A DNA stretch of 55,413 bases from Minisyncoccales bacterium (GCA_049641805.1 JBARNX010000033.1:1-55413); one strand, 5' to 3'. Counted from the stretch's first letter, positions 8,451 to 17,784 are shown. The notes: generated from the sequence alone by a model not told the origin. Made by a program: numbers and translations.

Positions 8451-9572
8451 GTGAATCCAAATATGGATAATCCGATGAAGTCGAGCCCTTATGATCCGAT
8501 TGAGCTGGGGTTGGCCAAAATTATTTATGGCAAACTCAAAGAAATCGGATTGAATCCGAAGTTTGAAGGCATTTCGGAATCGAGGCCGAATGTTGTTTGC
8601 GAATTCGGGAAAGGGTCCAAAACGCTTATTTTCAATGGCCATATGGACACGGTGCCTGCATCAAATGGTTACACGTATCCGCCGTTTTCCGGTGATTGCC
8701 GCGAAGGCCGGCTGTATGGGGTTGGGGTTCTTGATATGAAATCATCGCTTTGCAGTTTCATATATATGGCGAAAGCGCTCTTGAAACATGAAAAAGAATT
8801 TAATGGCAAAATATGCTTGCAGTTCGTTATCGACGAAGAGCCGATGGCCGCGTCGCATTTCGGTACCAGATATTTGCTCGATCGGGGATACACTGGCAAT
8901 GCGGCAATTGTCGGCGAACCCGGTTCTAAAAAAATAACAATAGGCAATCGAGGGGGATATCGTTTTAAAATAGAAGTTACCGGGGATGCCATACATACCG
9001 GTTCGCGCGAGTGGGAGAAAAAAGCCGCAGGCAGGAATGCGATTTTGGATATGGCGAAAGCGATTGAGGCGCTTCAAGAAATCAGATTCCCTGATTCGGA
9101 CCATCAAATATTCCCTGGAAGAAAAACTGTTTTTACATTCCCAACAATCATTAATGGCGGCAAGTCGATAAATATCGTGCCGGACTCTTGCGTTGCCTTC
9201 GGAGATGTTAGAATTATGCCGGGAGTTTCCCAAGAATATATCGAAAAAGAAATAAACAATAAATTAAATGATCTCGGTATTTCTTATATACTAACGCCTG
9301 TAATATATGTGCCTTCGACATTTATTGATCCTCGGGAAAAAATTGTTGAAATAATCCAAAAGAATACTCGGGAAGTAATGGGTTTTGAGCCTATCGCGGA
9401 AGGCTCAGGTCCGTGGAGCGATATGTGGATGTTTGTTGATAAAGGAATCCCTGCGGTAAATTTCGGTCCCGATGGAGGCGGAGTGTATGATAAGAATGAA
9501 TATGTTGAAATTGAAAGCGTGATTAATACCACAAAAATATACGCTCTTACCGCTCTTGATTTTCTTAGTTAA
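8451..9572 (+). CDS. M20 family metallopeptidase (ArgE/DapE-like)
   Basis: FNGHMDTV, DMKSS, IDEEP and GSREWEK segments. The conserved N-terminal helix continues upstream (8358-8450) without a canonical start. Confidence 0.75.
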   Translation: MNPNMDNPMKSSPYDPIELGLAKIIYGKLKEIGLNPKFEGISESRPNVVCEFGKGSKTLIFNGHMDTVPASNGYTYPPFSGDCREGRLYGVGVLDMKSSLCSFIYMAKALLKHEKEFNGKICLQFVIDEEPMAASHFGTRYLLDRGYTGNAAIVGEPGSKKITIGNRGGYRFKIEVTGDAIHTGSREWEKKAAGRNAILDMAKAIEALQEIRFPDSDHQIFPGRKTVFTFPTIINGGKSINIVPDSCVAFGDVRIMPGVSQEYIEKEINNKLNDLGISYILTPVIYVPSTFIDPREKIVEIIQKNTREVMGFEPIAEGSGPWSDMWMFVDKGIPAVNFGPDGGGVYDKNEYVEIESVINTTKIYALTALDFLS

Positions 9573-9578
9573 AATTTT

Positions 9579-10091
9579 ATGAAGCTGGTTAAGCCGACAA
9601 AGAAATATGGGGCGGGATGGAAGAGGGCGGTAGAGGAATTAAAAAATGATTCTGAGAGCATAAAGCTTTGGGAGGTTTTGGGCGATCCGGATGATTTGGA
9701 TTTGATCATTAAAACCGCGCGGTTGCATTCGCAAGGCAAAAATTTACCGTCTGGCTGGATGCCTTATGATATTTATTGGCTGGTTGAAGGGGAGGAGGTG
9801 ATCGGTATTGTCAGCATCCGCCACAAGCTGAATGCCGATCTTGAATTGCGCGGCGGCCATATCGGCGCCGAGATTGTGCCTTCGGAAAGAGGGAAAGGAT
9901 ATGGTAGCAAAATGCGTGAATTGGTTTTGCCAAAATTGAAAAAATTGGGAATCAAGAAAGTTTTAATGACGAGTTTTGACGATAACATCGCTTCTTATAG
10001 GATAATTGAAAAACACGGTGGCAAATTGGAAAATAAAATTAAAGCGGAAGGCGAGAATGATGTTACCCGGAGATATTGGATTGATTTGTAA
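9579..10091 (+). CDS. GNAT family acetyltransferase
   Basis: RGKGYGSKMRELVL...IIEKHGGKLE. Confidence 0.65.
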   Translation: MKLVKPTKKYGAGWKRAVEELKNDSESIKLWEVLGDPDDLDLIIKTARLHSQGKNLPSGWMPYDIYWLVEGEEVIGIVSIRHKLNADLELRGGHIGAEIVPSERGKGYGSKMRELVLPKLKKLGIKKVLMTSFDDNIASYRIIEKHGGKLENKIKAEGENDVTRRYWIDL

Positions 10092-10189
10092 CCTTGGGCG
10101 ATTGCGATTATCTGTATTGCGAATATAGATATTTTTAAATTATTTATATTGCCGATTTAGGTTTTATATGTACGCGAAATTGTTGTTTT

Positions 10190-11059
10190 TTGAATTATAT
10201 GAATTATATGAGAGATATTATTATCCAAAATCAGGAAAAATTTGATGTAAAATTGCAGGCGATTCTTATCGGCGGGATTGATAAATTTCATGTTAGGATG
10301 GATTTTGACGGGACGGTGACCAAGGCGGTCGTTGATGGCAAGGTTGTGCCGTCGCTGATTTCGGTTTTGCGCGACGAGGATTTCTTGGGCGCGGATTATT
10401 CGCAAAAAGCGCACGCGCTTTATGATAAATACCGGCCGATCGAGATTGATCCGAATATTTCCAATGAAGACAAAAAGATGGCGATGCGCGAATGGTGGAA
10501 GGCGCATTTTGATTTGCTCATAGAAAAAGGATTTTCAAAGCGCCATATCGAGAGGGCGCTGGGGAGTGCGCGCATACAGTTGCGCGGCGGTTTCAAGGAG
10601 TTTGCGGCAATGCTGGCGAAAAATAATGTCCCGCTGGTGGTAATGTCGTGCAGTGGCATGGGGGCTGATATGATAAAAATGGTTCTGGATAAAAATGATA
10701 TATTGTTCGATAACATCCATATTGTTACCAATCAATACGAATGGAATGATCAAGGCTTGGCGGTTGTGGTAAAAGAGCCAATTATTCACGTGCTCAATAA
10801 AGACGAGGAATCCATTAAGCGTATACCTCATGTTTATGAAGCAATAAAAAACCGGCCTAACGCTTTACTTTTAACGGATTCGGTTGCCGATATCACAATG
10901 GCGAGCGGCGCGAAAATTGATAGCTTGCTGTCGTTTGGTTTTTTAAACATCGATATCGATAAACAAATTGAGTTTTTCAAAAAAACTTTTGACGCGGTTT
11001 TGTTGAACGACGCGCCAATGGATTTTCCTAATGGAATATTAAGATTAATTTGCAAATAA
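10190..11059 (+). CDS. Pyrimidine 5'-nucleotidase, cN-III/UMPH-1-like (HAD)
   Basis: MDFDGTVTK, MSCSGMGADMI, IIHVLNKDE and LLLTDSVADITMASG mirror the UMPH-1 motifs. Confidence 0.6.
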   Translation: MNYMNYMRDIIIQNQEKFDVKLQAILIGGIDKFHVRMDFDGTVTKAVVDGKVVPSLISVLRDEDFLGADYSQKAHALYDKYRPIEIDPNISNEDKKMAMREWWKAHFDLLIEKGFSKRHIERALGSARIQLRGGFKEFAAMLAKNNVPLVVMSCSGMGADMIKMVLDKNDILFDNIHIVTNQYEWNDQGLAVVVKEPIIHVLNKDEESIKRIPHVYEAIKNRPNALLLTDSVADITMASGAKIDSLLSFGFLNIDIDKQIEFFKKTFDAVLLNDAPMDFPNGILRLICK

Positions 11060-11065
11060 TGTCTT

Positions 11066-11614
11066 ATGACCGAGCTGATCGATATTTGCGATGAGAATAA
11101 TAATATCATTGGCCAGGCGATGAAGAGCGAGGCGCTGGCCAGGGGGTTGTGGCACCGGGTGGCGCGGGTTTTAATTTATGACCGGAAGGGCAGGATATTT
11201 TTGCAATTGAGGTCAATGGCCAAGGAATTGCATCCCGGTTGCTGGGATGTTGGCGTGGCCGGCCACATTGGCGCAGGCGAGGATTATGTTGATGCCGCGA
11301 TCAGGGAAGCGCAAGAAGAGCTGGGTTTGCGGATTTCAAAAGAGATGCTTAATTTGCTGATGATTGAAAAGTTTGAGCAAACGTGGGACGATTTGAACGA
11401 AAAAGTTTTCGCTGGTACTTATTTAGCGAAATTTGATGGCAATATTTGCGATTTAAAAATCCAAGCCAAAGAAGTTCAGGAGTTGAAATTTGTTTTTGTC
11501 GATGATTTGGAAAGGGATGTGAAATCGAATCCGAAAAAATATTCGCCACATCCGGAACCATATTGGCTAACTTTGATAAATGGAGTTAGAAATAGATTTG
11601 GAATTGGTTCGTAA
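11066..11614 (+). CDS. NUDIX hydrolase (IDI-like subgroup)
   Basis: GHIGAGEDYVDAAIREAQEELGL. Confidence 0.75.
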   Translation: MTELIDICDENNNIIGQAMKSEALARGLWHRVARVLIYDRKGRIFLQLRSMAKELHPGCWDVGVAGHIGAGEDYVDAAIREAQEELGLRISKEMLNLLMIEKFEQTWDDLNEKVFAGTYLAKFDGNICDLKIQAKEVQELKFVFVDDLERDVKSNPKKYSPHPEPYWLTLINGVRNRFGIGS

Positions 11615-11628
11615 TAAAAAAGAACTGG

Positions 11629-11796
11629 CTATTTTTTTGATTTTTTGCCAGATTCCTTGCTTGGAGAATACCAGGTAGCGATAGTCTCTCTCCTTTTGCC
11701 TGGTAATTCTATGAATTGTTCAGCAGCTTTTTGGGGCTCTTCGGCATGAACCTTTTTAGGGTTATCTAAAGTGTCTTTCTTGACCGATAATTTCAT
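11629..11796 (-). CDS. Unlisted small ORF (55 aa), hypothetical
   Basis: MKLSVKKDTLDNPKKVHAEEPQKAAEQFIELPGKRRETIATWYSPSKESGKKSKK. A gaggt sits 7 nt upstream of the ATG. It occupies an otherwise empty 273-nt gap. Confidence 0.3.
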   Translation of the reverse strand: MKLSVKKDTLDNPKKVHAEEPQKAAEQFIELPGKRRETIATWYSPSKESGKKSKK

Positions 11797-11887
11797 TTGA
11801 CAACCTCACTATTTTAATAAAACAATTTAAATAATTTGTCAAATTTTTTGGTTATCGCGAAACTAAAGTTTTACGAAGTAAAAAATT

Positions 11888-12373
11888 ATGAAAATATTAA
11901 TCGCATTTTATTCGCTGACTGGGAATACTAAAAAGATCGCGCGAGCGGTGACGGGCGCGGCGGGAGGGGAGGTGATGGAGATAAAAATCAAGAGGGAGAT
12001 TCCGGAGAAGGGGTTTTGGAGATACTTTTGGATCGGGATGCAAGCGATAATGAGATCGGGATTGCGGCCGCTGGAGAAAAATCCCAATGATTATGATTTG
12101 ATATTTTTGGGCGGCCCGGTGTGGGCGGGAAATTTCGCGCCGGCAATCCGGTCATTTTTGGAAAAAACCAAACTCAAAAACAAAAAAATCGCGCTGTTCT
12201 GCATCCACGGCGGCGACGACCCGGGCCAAGCAATTGTCAATTTGGAAAAAGAATTGTCGGGCAATGAAATTGTCGGGAAGATTGATTTTCAAATGGATGG
12301 GATAGCCGATGCGCAACTGGCGGAAAATTTGCGAAAAGCAGGGGAATGGGCAAGGGGGATTGCGGGTAAATAA
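11888..12373 (+). CDS. Flavodoxin-family protein
   Basis: MKILIAFYSLTGNTKKIA N-terminus. Confidence 0.7.
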   Translation: MKILIAFYSLTGNTKKIARAVTGAAGGEVMEIKIKREIPEKGFWRYFWIGMQAIMRSGLRPLEKNPNDYDLIFLGGPVWAGNFAPAIRSFLEKTKLKNKKIALFCIHGGDDPGQAIVNLEKELSGNEIVGKIDFQMDGIADAQLAENLRKAGEWARGIAGK

Positions 12374-12404
12374 AAGTGTCCAGACATCGGACATCTGGAC
12401 ACTT
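12374..12404. terminator. 11-bp hairpin aagtgtccaga/tctggacactt (shared motif, no U-tract)
   Basis: Directly follows the stop codon. The same core recurs at 29442-29480. Confidence 0.4.
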
Positions 12405-12619
12405 AAAGCGAGAAGTAATAAAGCGGGCGAGCAGGAATTATTTGATTTGAATGGAATTTTTGCTAATGTGGAGAGTGGATAAAATACGAGTGTTTGATGA
12501 GGACTAACCTCTGCGAGTATGCCGAGGATAGACCTCCTCAAACCAAAACGCTGATTTTTTTGTTTGGAAATTATAAAATTGAAAATTTATTGGAAATTGG
12601 TAATTGGAAATTGAAAATT

Positions 12620-14461
12620 ATGACAACAAAAGAAATAAGAGAAAAATACTTAAAATATTTTAACCAAAAAGGACACGCAATCATACCATCCTGTTCTCTG
12701 GTTCCGGATAATGATCCGACGACTTTGTTCACTTCGGCCGGGATGCAGCAGATGATACCGTATCTTTTGGGGCAGACGCATCCGCTGGGCACGCGCATTG
12801 CCAACGCGCAAAAATGTTTGCGCACGCAGGATATCGAGGAGGTGGGGGACAATCGGCATATGACTTTTTTTGAAATGCTGGGAAATTGGTCGCTGAATGA
12901 TTATTTCAAAAAAGAACAGCTTTCGTGGATGTTTGAATTTTTGACTAAAGAGGTTGGTTTGGAGCCCAAAAACATTTATGTTACCGCTTTCCGCGGTTTG
13001 GCCGAAGCCGGGATTCCCCGGGACGAAGAAACCGCCAATGTATGGAAAGAATTGTTTAAGAGCGCGGGAATTGATGCCAAGGATGTCGCGGGCGGAGAGC
13101 ATGAAATCAGGGAAGGCGAGAAAATTTTTTATTATGACGAAAAGAAAAATTGGTGGTCGCGGTCCGGGGTGCCGCAAGCTATGCCCGAAGGCGAATTGGG
13201 CGGGCCGGACTCGGAAATGTTCTGGGATTTTGGTGCAGACTTAAAATTGCACGAAAACTCGCCATGGAGAGATTTGCCATGCCATCCCAATTGCGATTGC
13301 GGCCGGTTTTTGGAGATCGGCAACAATGTGTTCATGGAATATGTGAAACGCGCCGGCGCCGTGGTGAAAATGGAAAACCATAATGTTGATTTTGGCGGCG
13401 GCTTGGAGCGCATCGCCGCGGCGGCAAACAGTGACCCGGATGTTTTTAACATTGGTTTATTCAAACCGGTGATTGAAAAACTGGAATTATTGTCAGGCAA
13501 AAAATACAAAGACGGCGCAAAAACAACCGCGGCGATGCGCGTGATCGCCGATCATATCCGCGGCGCGGTGTTTTTGATCGCCGACGGGGTGTTGCCGTCC
13601 AATAAGGCGCAAGGTTATTTTGCGCGCCGTTTGGTACGCCGCGCAATCGTCAAAGGCCATGAATTGGGAATTGAAAATAATTTTTTGAATGAGATTGCAA
13701 GTATATATTTAAATATATACCAGCTGGCGGCAGAACAAATTAGAAATGAATTGGAAAAAGAAGAAACTAAATTCAGAAAAACGCTAAAACAAGGGTTAAA
13801 AGAAATGGAAAGGCGGATTGCAGAAAATACATTAGATGGAAAGCAATTATTTGATTTATACCAAAGTTATGGATTCCCGCTGGAATTAAGCTTGGAGATT
13901 GCCAAAGAAAAGAATGTATCAATTGCCAAAAGTTCAATAAATAATTTCAACGCGGAATTTAAAAAACATCAGGAACTTTCGCGCACGGCCGGCGCCGGGA
14001 TGTTCAAGGGGGGGTTGGCCGATGCGGGAGAGCAAACGACCAAATTGCACACGGCGGCGCATTTGCTTCTGGCGGCGTTGCGGCAAGTTTTGGGCGGTCA
14101 TGTGGTTCAGCGCGGTTCCAATATTACCGCCGAGCGGTTGCGGTTTGATTTTTCCCATCCGGAAAAAATAACGCCCGAAGAAATTCGGCAAGTTGAATAT
14201 TTGGTCAACGAACAGATTAAAAAGAATATTCCCGTTGATAGGAAAGAGATGGCTTTGGAAGACGCGCGGGCGAGCGGCGCAATGGGCGTGTTCGGATCAA
14301 AATACGGGGAGAAAGTGGCGGTTTACGCTATCGGCGGATTTTCCAAGGAAATATGCGGCGGGCCGCACGCGGAAAATACCGGTGAGCTTGGCCGGTTCAA
14401 AATCGTCAAAGAAGAATCATCGTCATCGGGGGTGCGGCGCATTAAAGCTATCTTGGAATGA
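12620..14461 (+). CDS. alaS: Alanine--tRNA ligase, short form without the C-Ala domain
   Basis: MTTKEIREKYLKYFNQKGH..., FTSAGMQQ, an editing domain with HTAAHLL, and a ...GGPHAENTGELG...VRRIKA end. 613 aa. Confidence 0.85.
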   Translation: MTTKEIREKYLKYFNQKGHAIIPSCSLVPDNDPTTLFTSAGMQQMIPYLLGQTHPLGTRIANAQKCLRTQDIEEVGDNRHMTFFEMLGNWSLNDYFKKEQLSWMFEFLTKEVGLEPKNIYVTAFRGLAEAGIPRDEETANVWKELFKSAGIDAKDVAGGEHEIREGEKIFYYDEKKNWWSRSGVPQAMPEGELGGPDSEMFWDFGADLKLHENSPWRDLPCHPNCDCGRFLEIGNNVFMEYVKRAGAVVKMENHNVDFGGGLERIAAAANSDPDVFNIGLFKPVIEKLELLSGKKYKDGAKTTAAMRVIADHIRGAVFLIADGVLPSNKAQGYFARRLVRRAIVKGHELGIENNFLNEIASIYLNIYQLAAEQIRNELEKEETKFRKTLKQGLKEMERRIAENTLDGKQLFDLYQSYGFPLELSLEIAKEKNVSIAKSSINNFNAEFKKHQELSRTAGAGMFKGGLADAGEQTTKLHTAAHLLLAALRQVLGGHVVQRGSNITAERLRFDFSHPEKITPEEIRQVEYLVNEQIKKNIPVDRKEMALEDARASGAMGVFGSKYGEKVAVYAIGGFSKEICGGPHAENTGELGRFKIVKEESSSSGVRRIKAILE

Positions 14462-14552
14462 CGCGGCCGCGGCTTGCGCGGTTTTTAAATATTGTTAAAA
14501 TAAAAGTATAAATAATCAAATCCCGTGATCGGGAGGAAATAACCAATAATCT

Positions 14553-15071
14553 ATGGATAAAAAAATTGCGTATTATGTCGCCGCGGGAGTGATTCTTATT
14601 GCGGTTGTCGGTATTGTTATAATAATGCAGAATTCTGGAAAACCGGTCGTGACTCCGCCAGCTGGAGATGAAACCGCGAACCAGCCGGTTAAATCCGAAA
14701 CCAAGCTTGCCAATGAAGATGTTGCCAAGCAATTGAATCTGAAAGACGGCGAATTGCCTTTGCGCGTCACTTTGGACGATAACGGCCAGACATATTCCGC
14801 CACTCCCGGGAAAAATCTTGTTTTAATGTTGGGAACGGATTATAATTGGGATATTGTTTCCAGCGATAGCAATGTTTTATCGCGAAGAGATGTTAAAGTT
14901 GGCGATGCCCGAGTGCAGGCGGTGTATCAAGTGGTTGCCGAGGGCAAGGCGGTGTTGAAAGCGACTGGAACTTGCAAGAATAAAACCGGATGCACGGCAC
15001 CGGCACCGTTTAACTTCAGCGTTGAAGGCGTGATAAGTGAAAATGAGACGCCGGAAGACTTGGTAAAATAA
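14553..15071 (+). CDS. Membrane-anchored/secreted hypothetical protein
   Basis: N-terminal TM (YYVAAGVILIAVVGIVII), then a beta-rich domain. Confidence 0.4.
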   Translation: MDKKIAYYVAAGVILIAVVGIVIIMQNSGKPVVTPPAGDETANQPVKSETKLANEDVAKQLNLKDGELPLRVTLDDNGQTYSATPGKNLVLMLGTDYNWDIVSSDSNVLSRRDVKVGDARVQAVYQVVAEGKAVLKATGTCKNKTGCTAPAPFNFSVEGVISENETPEDLVK

Positions 15072-15137
15072 TTTAGACATACCGAGATTAAGATCAGAAC
15101 GGCTTTCACAAGGCCGTTTTTGGTAGCAAACGAAAAA

Positions 15138-15671
15138 ATGAAAATAAATATCGGCACCAAAAATAAAATCAAGGCCGATGCTCTGCGAGAAATAATTGTT
15201 GGATATGATTTTTTGAACAGGGCCCGGATCAAGACGATTGAAACGGAGTCCGGCGTGGCCGATCAGCCCAAAAGTTTGGAAGAAACCGTTCGCGGCGCCA
15301 AAAATCGGGCTAAAACCGCGTTTAGCGATTGTGATTTTTCGGTGGGCGTGGAAGACGGGTTGATGTCGGTTGGGCAGGCCGCCACCGGATTTATGAATTT
15401 GTGCGTTTGCGCGTTTTATGACGGACAAAGATATTATCTGGGGACATCGGCAGCGTTTGAATATCCGCCCAAAGCGATTGAATTGGTGGGCAAGGGCAGA
15501 GATATCAACCAGGCGTTTTATGAACTGGGTCTGACCGGCGACCCCAAAATCGGTTTGTCGCTTGGCGCGATCGGGATACTGACCAAAAACCGGTGGTGCC
15601 GCAAGGATACCGTGAAACAATCGATTATTGCCGCGCTGATCCAACTTGATAACAAAAGTTTATATGAATAA
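15138..15671 (+). CDS. Non-canonical purine NTP phosphatase (YjjX/DUF84-like)
   Basis: MKINIGTKNKIK, SGVADQP and GVEDGL motifs. Confidence 0.65.
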   Translation: MKINIGTKNKIKADALREIIVGYDFLNRARIKTIETESGVADQPKSLEETVRGAKNRAKTAFSDCDFSVGVEDGLMSVGQAATGFMNLCVCAFYDGQRYYLGTSAAFEYPPKAIELVGKGRDINQAFYELGLTGDPKIGLSLGAIGILTKNRWCRKDTVKQSIIAALIQLDNKSLYE

Positions 15672-16404
15672 ATTAACCATATTTATATTGATTTCGGCCG
15701 CGATTCTCGCTTTTGTGGCGGTGTCGATAATTCCGCAAACGATTATACCCGATTATGACAGCGAAGGTTTTTTAATCAGAAAGGAAAGGAATTCCGATAT
15801 TGGCGCGGTTAAATCCGGGGAAACGGAGACTTTATCCGCCGATGAATGCGGTTTGTCGGTTTATAATATCGATTGCGATATCGCGGAATATCTTGAGAAA
15901 AATTTTGTCGCGGCAACGAAAGGCGGCAAAGTCTTTTGCGCTTATGAAAAAATCGGCCAAAGCGATGGCGGAGATATGGTTTATTTGAATTATTCGTGCG
16001 AAGAATTTTATCCGGATGGCGGGAAGATATACGAGGGAAGCGGCGCGGCCGGTCCGGCAAAAATTATCAAGCTTGACGACGGTTCGCTATCGCACTGGGT
16101 GCCGCGCGACGGCAGTTATTTCGCGCGCGACATTAACGAATTTTTTCCTTCCGAATACCGAGATAAAGCGATGGATTCACATGATGAGACGATTTGGCAA
16201 ATCAATCGCGAACGCGCCAAAATCGATTTTAACGCGGATTTTGATTACAAAGTGGAAAAAACGACCGATATCGTCTGTGTCCATGATTTTGAGTGCTCCA
16301 CTCCGGGCGATTATCTGGCTATGTCGCGTTGTCCGTTCGCGTCGATGTGTGTTGCCGGCAGATGCGCGGTTATTTGCCCGAATTTCCAAAATTTGGATAA
16401 TTAG
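15664..16404 (+). CDS. Exported/membrane-anchored hypothetical protein
   Basis: MNKLTIFILISAAILAFVAV signal anchor, Cys-rich C-terminus. Confidence 0.4.
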   Translation: MNKLTIFILISAAILAFVAVSIIPQTIIPDYDSEGFLIRKERNSDIGAVKSGETETLSADECGLSVYNIDCDIAEYLEKNFVAATKGGKVFCAYEKIGQSDGGDMVYLNYSCEEFYPDGGKIYEGSGAAGPAKIIKLDDGSLSHWVPRDGSYFARDINEFFPSEYRDKAMDSHDETIWQINRERAKIDFNADFDYKVEKTTDIVCVHDFECSTPGDYLAMSRCPFASMCVAGRCAVICPNFQNLDN

Positions 16405-16523
16405 CGTAGGGGTTAAGATGGGGATGTTTCCGAAGTCATCCCGAGATTGAGATAGCGGTTATTGCCGATGGAAAAATCATAGCCAGCTATAACTTAGTTG
16501 GATTATAATCAATTTCGATTATC

Positions 16524-16556
16524 GCGCCTATTAAATAGATTAGGCGCAAGTTTTTT
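16524..16556 (+). terminator. Rho-independent terminator
   Basis: gcgccta...taggcgc followed by aagtttttt. Confidence 0.6.
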
Positions 16557-16611
16557 ATAAGACAAAGCCCCTCCGGGAGGAGGGGATTGAGTTTTAATTG
16601 AACCGATGTTT

Positions 16612-16959
16612 CTACTTGGCGGCTTTGGCCATTATGGCTTGGAACAGATCGGGCCGGGTTTCGCTTAATTGAGAGAGGATTTTGCGGTCGATAGTGATGT
16701 TCTGTTTTTTTAAAGCGCCGATAAATTTGCTGTAATTCGTTCCGCTGGCTCGGCAGATGCCGTTGATGTGGATGTTCCACATGGCGCGGGTATCGCGCTT
16801 TTTTACCTTGCGGTCGCGATAGTTATAGCTCAAAGCCTTCATCATGGCCTGTTTTGCCGCGGCTAATTTCGATTTCCGGCCCCATTTGAATCCTTTTGTG
16901 TATTCGATGATATTGGCCCTTCTTTTGTGATGTAGTGTCCCTCGTTTTACGCGTGGCAT
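16612..16959 (-). CDS. rplT: 50S ribosomal protein L20
   Basis: MPRVKRGTLHHKRRANIIEYTKGF... Confidence 0.9.
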   Translation of the reverse strand: MPRVKRGTLHHKRRANIIEYTKGFKWGRKSKLAAAKQAMMKALSYNYRDRKVKKRDTRAMWNIHINGICRASGTNYSKFIGALKKQNITIDRKILSQLSETRPDLFQAIMAKAAK

Positions 16960-16966
16960 GGAATTT

Positions 16967-17040
16967 GACTTTTGACTATTAACTTTTGACTTTTAACAAT
17001 TAGAATCTTGTTAAAGGTTAATGGTTAAAGGTTAATGGTT
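16967..17040 (+). repeat. Long imperfect hairpin filling the rpmI-rplT spacer
   Basis: 31-position stem. On the + strand, 28 positions pair (21 Watson-Crick plus 7 G-T). Confidence 0.6.
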
Positions 17041-17224
17041 ATTTGATGATTAGTTTTCTGATCTTCTTGGCTTCAGATTCGTTGAGCGGCACCCACTTGC
17101 GGCCGGCGCGGACTTTGTTGCCTGACATTTTCGAACGCAGATGGCAGGACCCGGTCGCCCGGCGCATAATTTTGCCGTTCTTGGTGATCTTGAAACGCTT
17201 TGTGATTGATTTTCTTGTTTTCAT
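17039..17224 (-). CDS. rpmI: 50S ribosomal protein L35
   Basis: MKTRKSITKRFKITKNGKIMRR... Confidence 0.9.
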   Translation of the reverse strand: MKTRKSITKRFKITKNGKIMRRATGSCHLRSKMSGNKVRAGRKWVPLNESEAKKIRKLIIK

Positions 17225-17283
17225 TGTTTTCCTGAATTCGTATTTTATGATTCTACGATTAAATGTTTTTATGATCCTATGGT

Positions 17284-17784
17284 TTAACCTTTTGAAACTA
17301 TCATATTAAATCCGCCCATTTCCCGTTTTATTTCTTTGTCGATTTTGTAGGGGGTGAGCTTGGCCAAGATTGCCAGGAATTGCTCAACTTTCTCTTTTGA
17401 AAGATTTCCAAAGGCTTTTTCGCGGCCTCTTAGCCGGAGTTCAATCTTGACTTTATCGCCTTTTTCCAAAAATTTTCTCGCCGCGTTGGCCCGCGTTTCC
17501 ATATCATGCGGGGAAATGTTGTAGGTCAGCCGGATTCCTTTTACTTCGCTGGTATGGGTGTTTTTCTCCTTTTTTTGCAGAGCGTAAAGATATTTTCCGT
17601 AATCGGTGATTCTTGCCACCGGGGGAGCGACTTTGTCGGTGACCTGTACCAGATCAAGGTGCCGGGAGTAGGCCATTTCCAAGGCTTCTCTCAGCGAAAC
17701 AACGCCCACTTGATGATCGCTTTCATCGATCAATCTTACCTGCGCGGCCCTTATTTGATTGTTGATAGGCGGTTTTTTAAACAC
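17284..17784 (-). CDS. infC: Translation initiation factor IF-3
   Basis: INNQIRAAQVRLIDE...PPVARITDYGKY. The start codon is uncertain (GTG at 17784, or a downstream ATC/ATA as is typical for infC). Confidence 0.85.
   Translation of the reverse strand: MFKKPPINNQIRAAQVRLIDESDHQVGVVSLREALEMAYSRHLDLVQVTDKVAPPVARITDYGKYLYALQKKEKNTHTSEVKGIRLTYNISPHDMETRANAARKFLEKGDKVKIELRLRGREKAFGNLSKEKVEQFLAILAKLTPYKIDKEIKREMGGFNMIVSKG

Noticed and set aside
12494-12619. The 42-codon N-terminal extension of alaS given by the ORF track.
   Set aside because: The extension reads through an AT-rich repeat (GNYKIENLLEIGNWKLKI) and has no AlaRS similarity. The conserved N-terminus MTTKEIREKYL begins at ATG 12620.
12405-12619. 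A possible T-box or other riboswitch leader upstream of alaS.
   Set aside because: I could not find the T-box consensus (GGUGGNACC-like), nor a specifier or K-turn arrangement. There are only two short gagg...cctc hairpins and repeat sequence.
14877-15644. Long antisense ORFs from the track. Examples are 14877..15644(-), 19864..20436(-), 24613..25173(-), 27403..28377(-), 35244..35945(-) and 21030..21419(+).
   Set aside because: Each lies opposite a gene with clear family motifs. Their translations are Arg/Gly/Pro-rich and low in complexity, with no recognisable motif. They are typical shadow ORFs.
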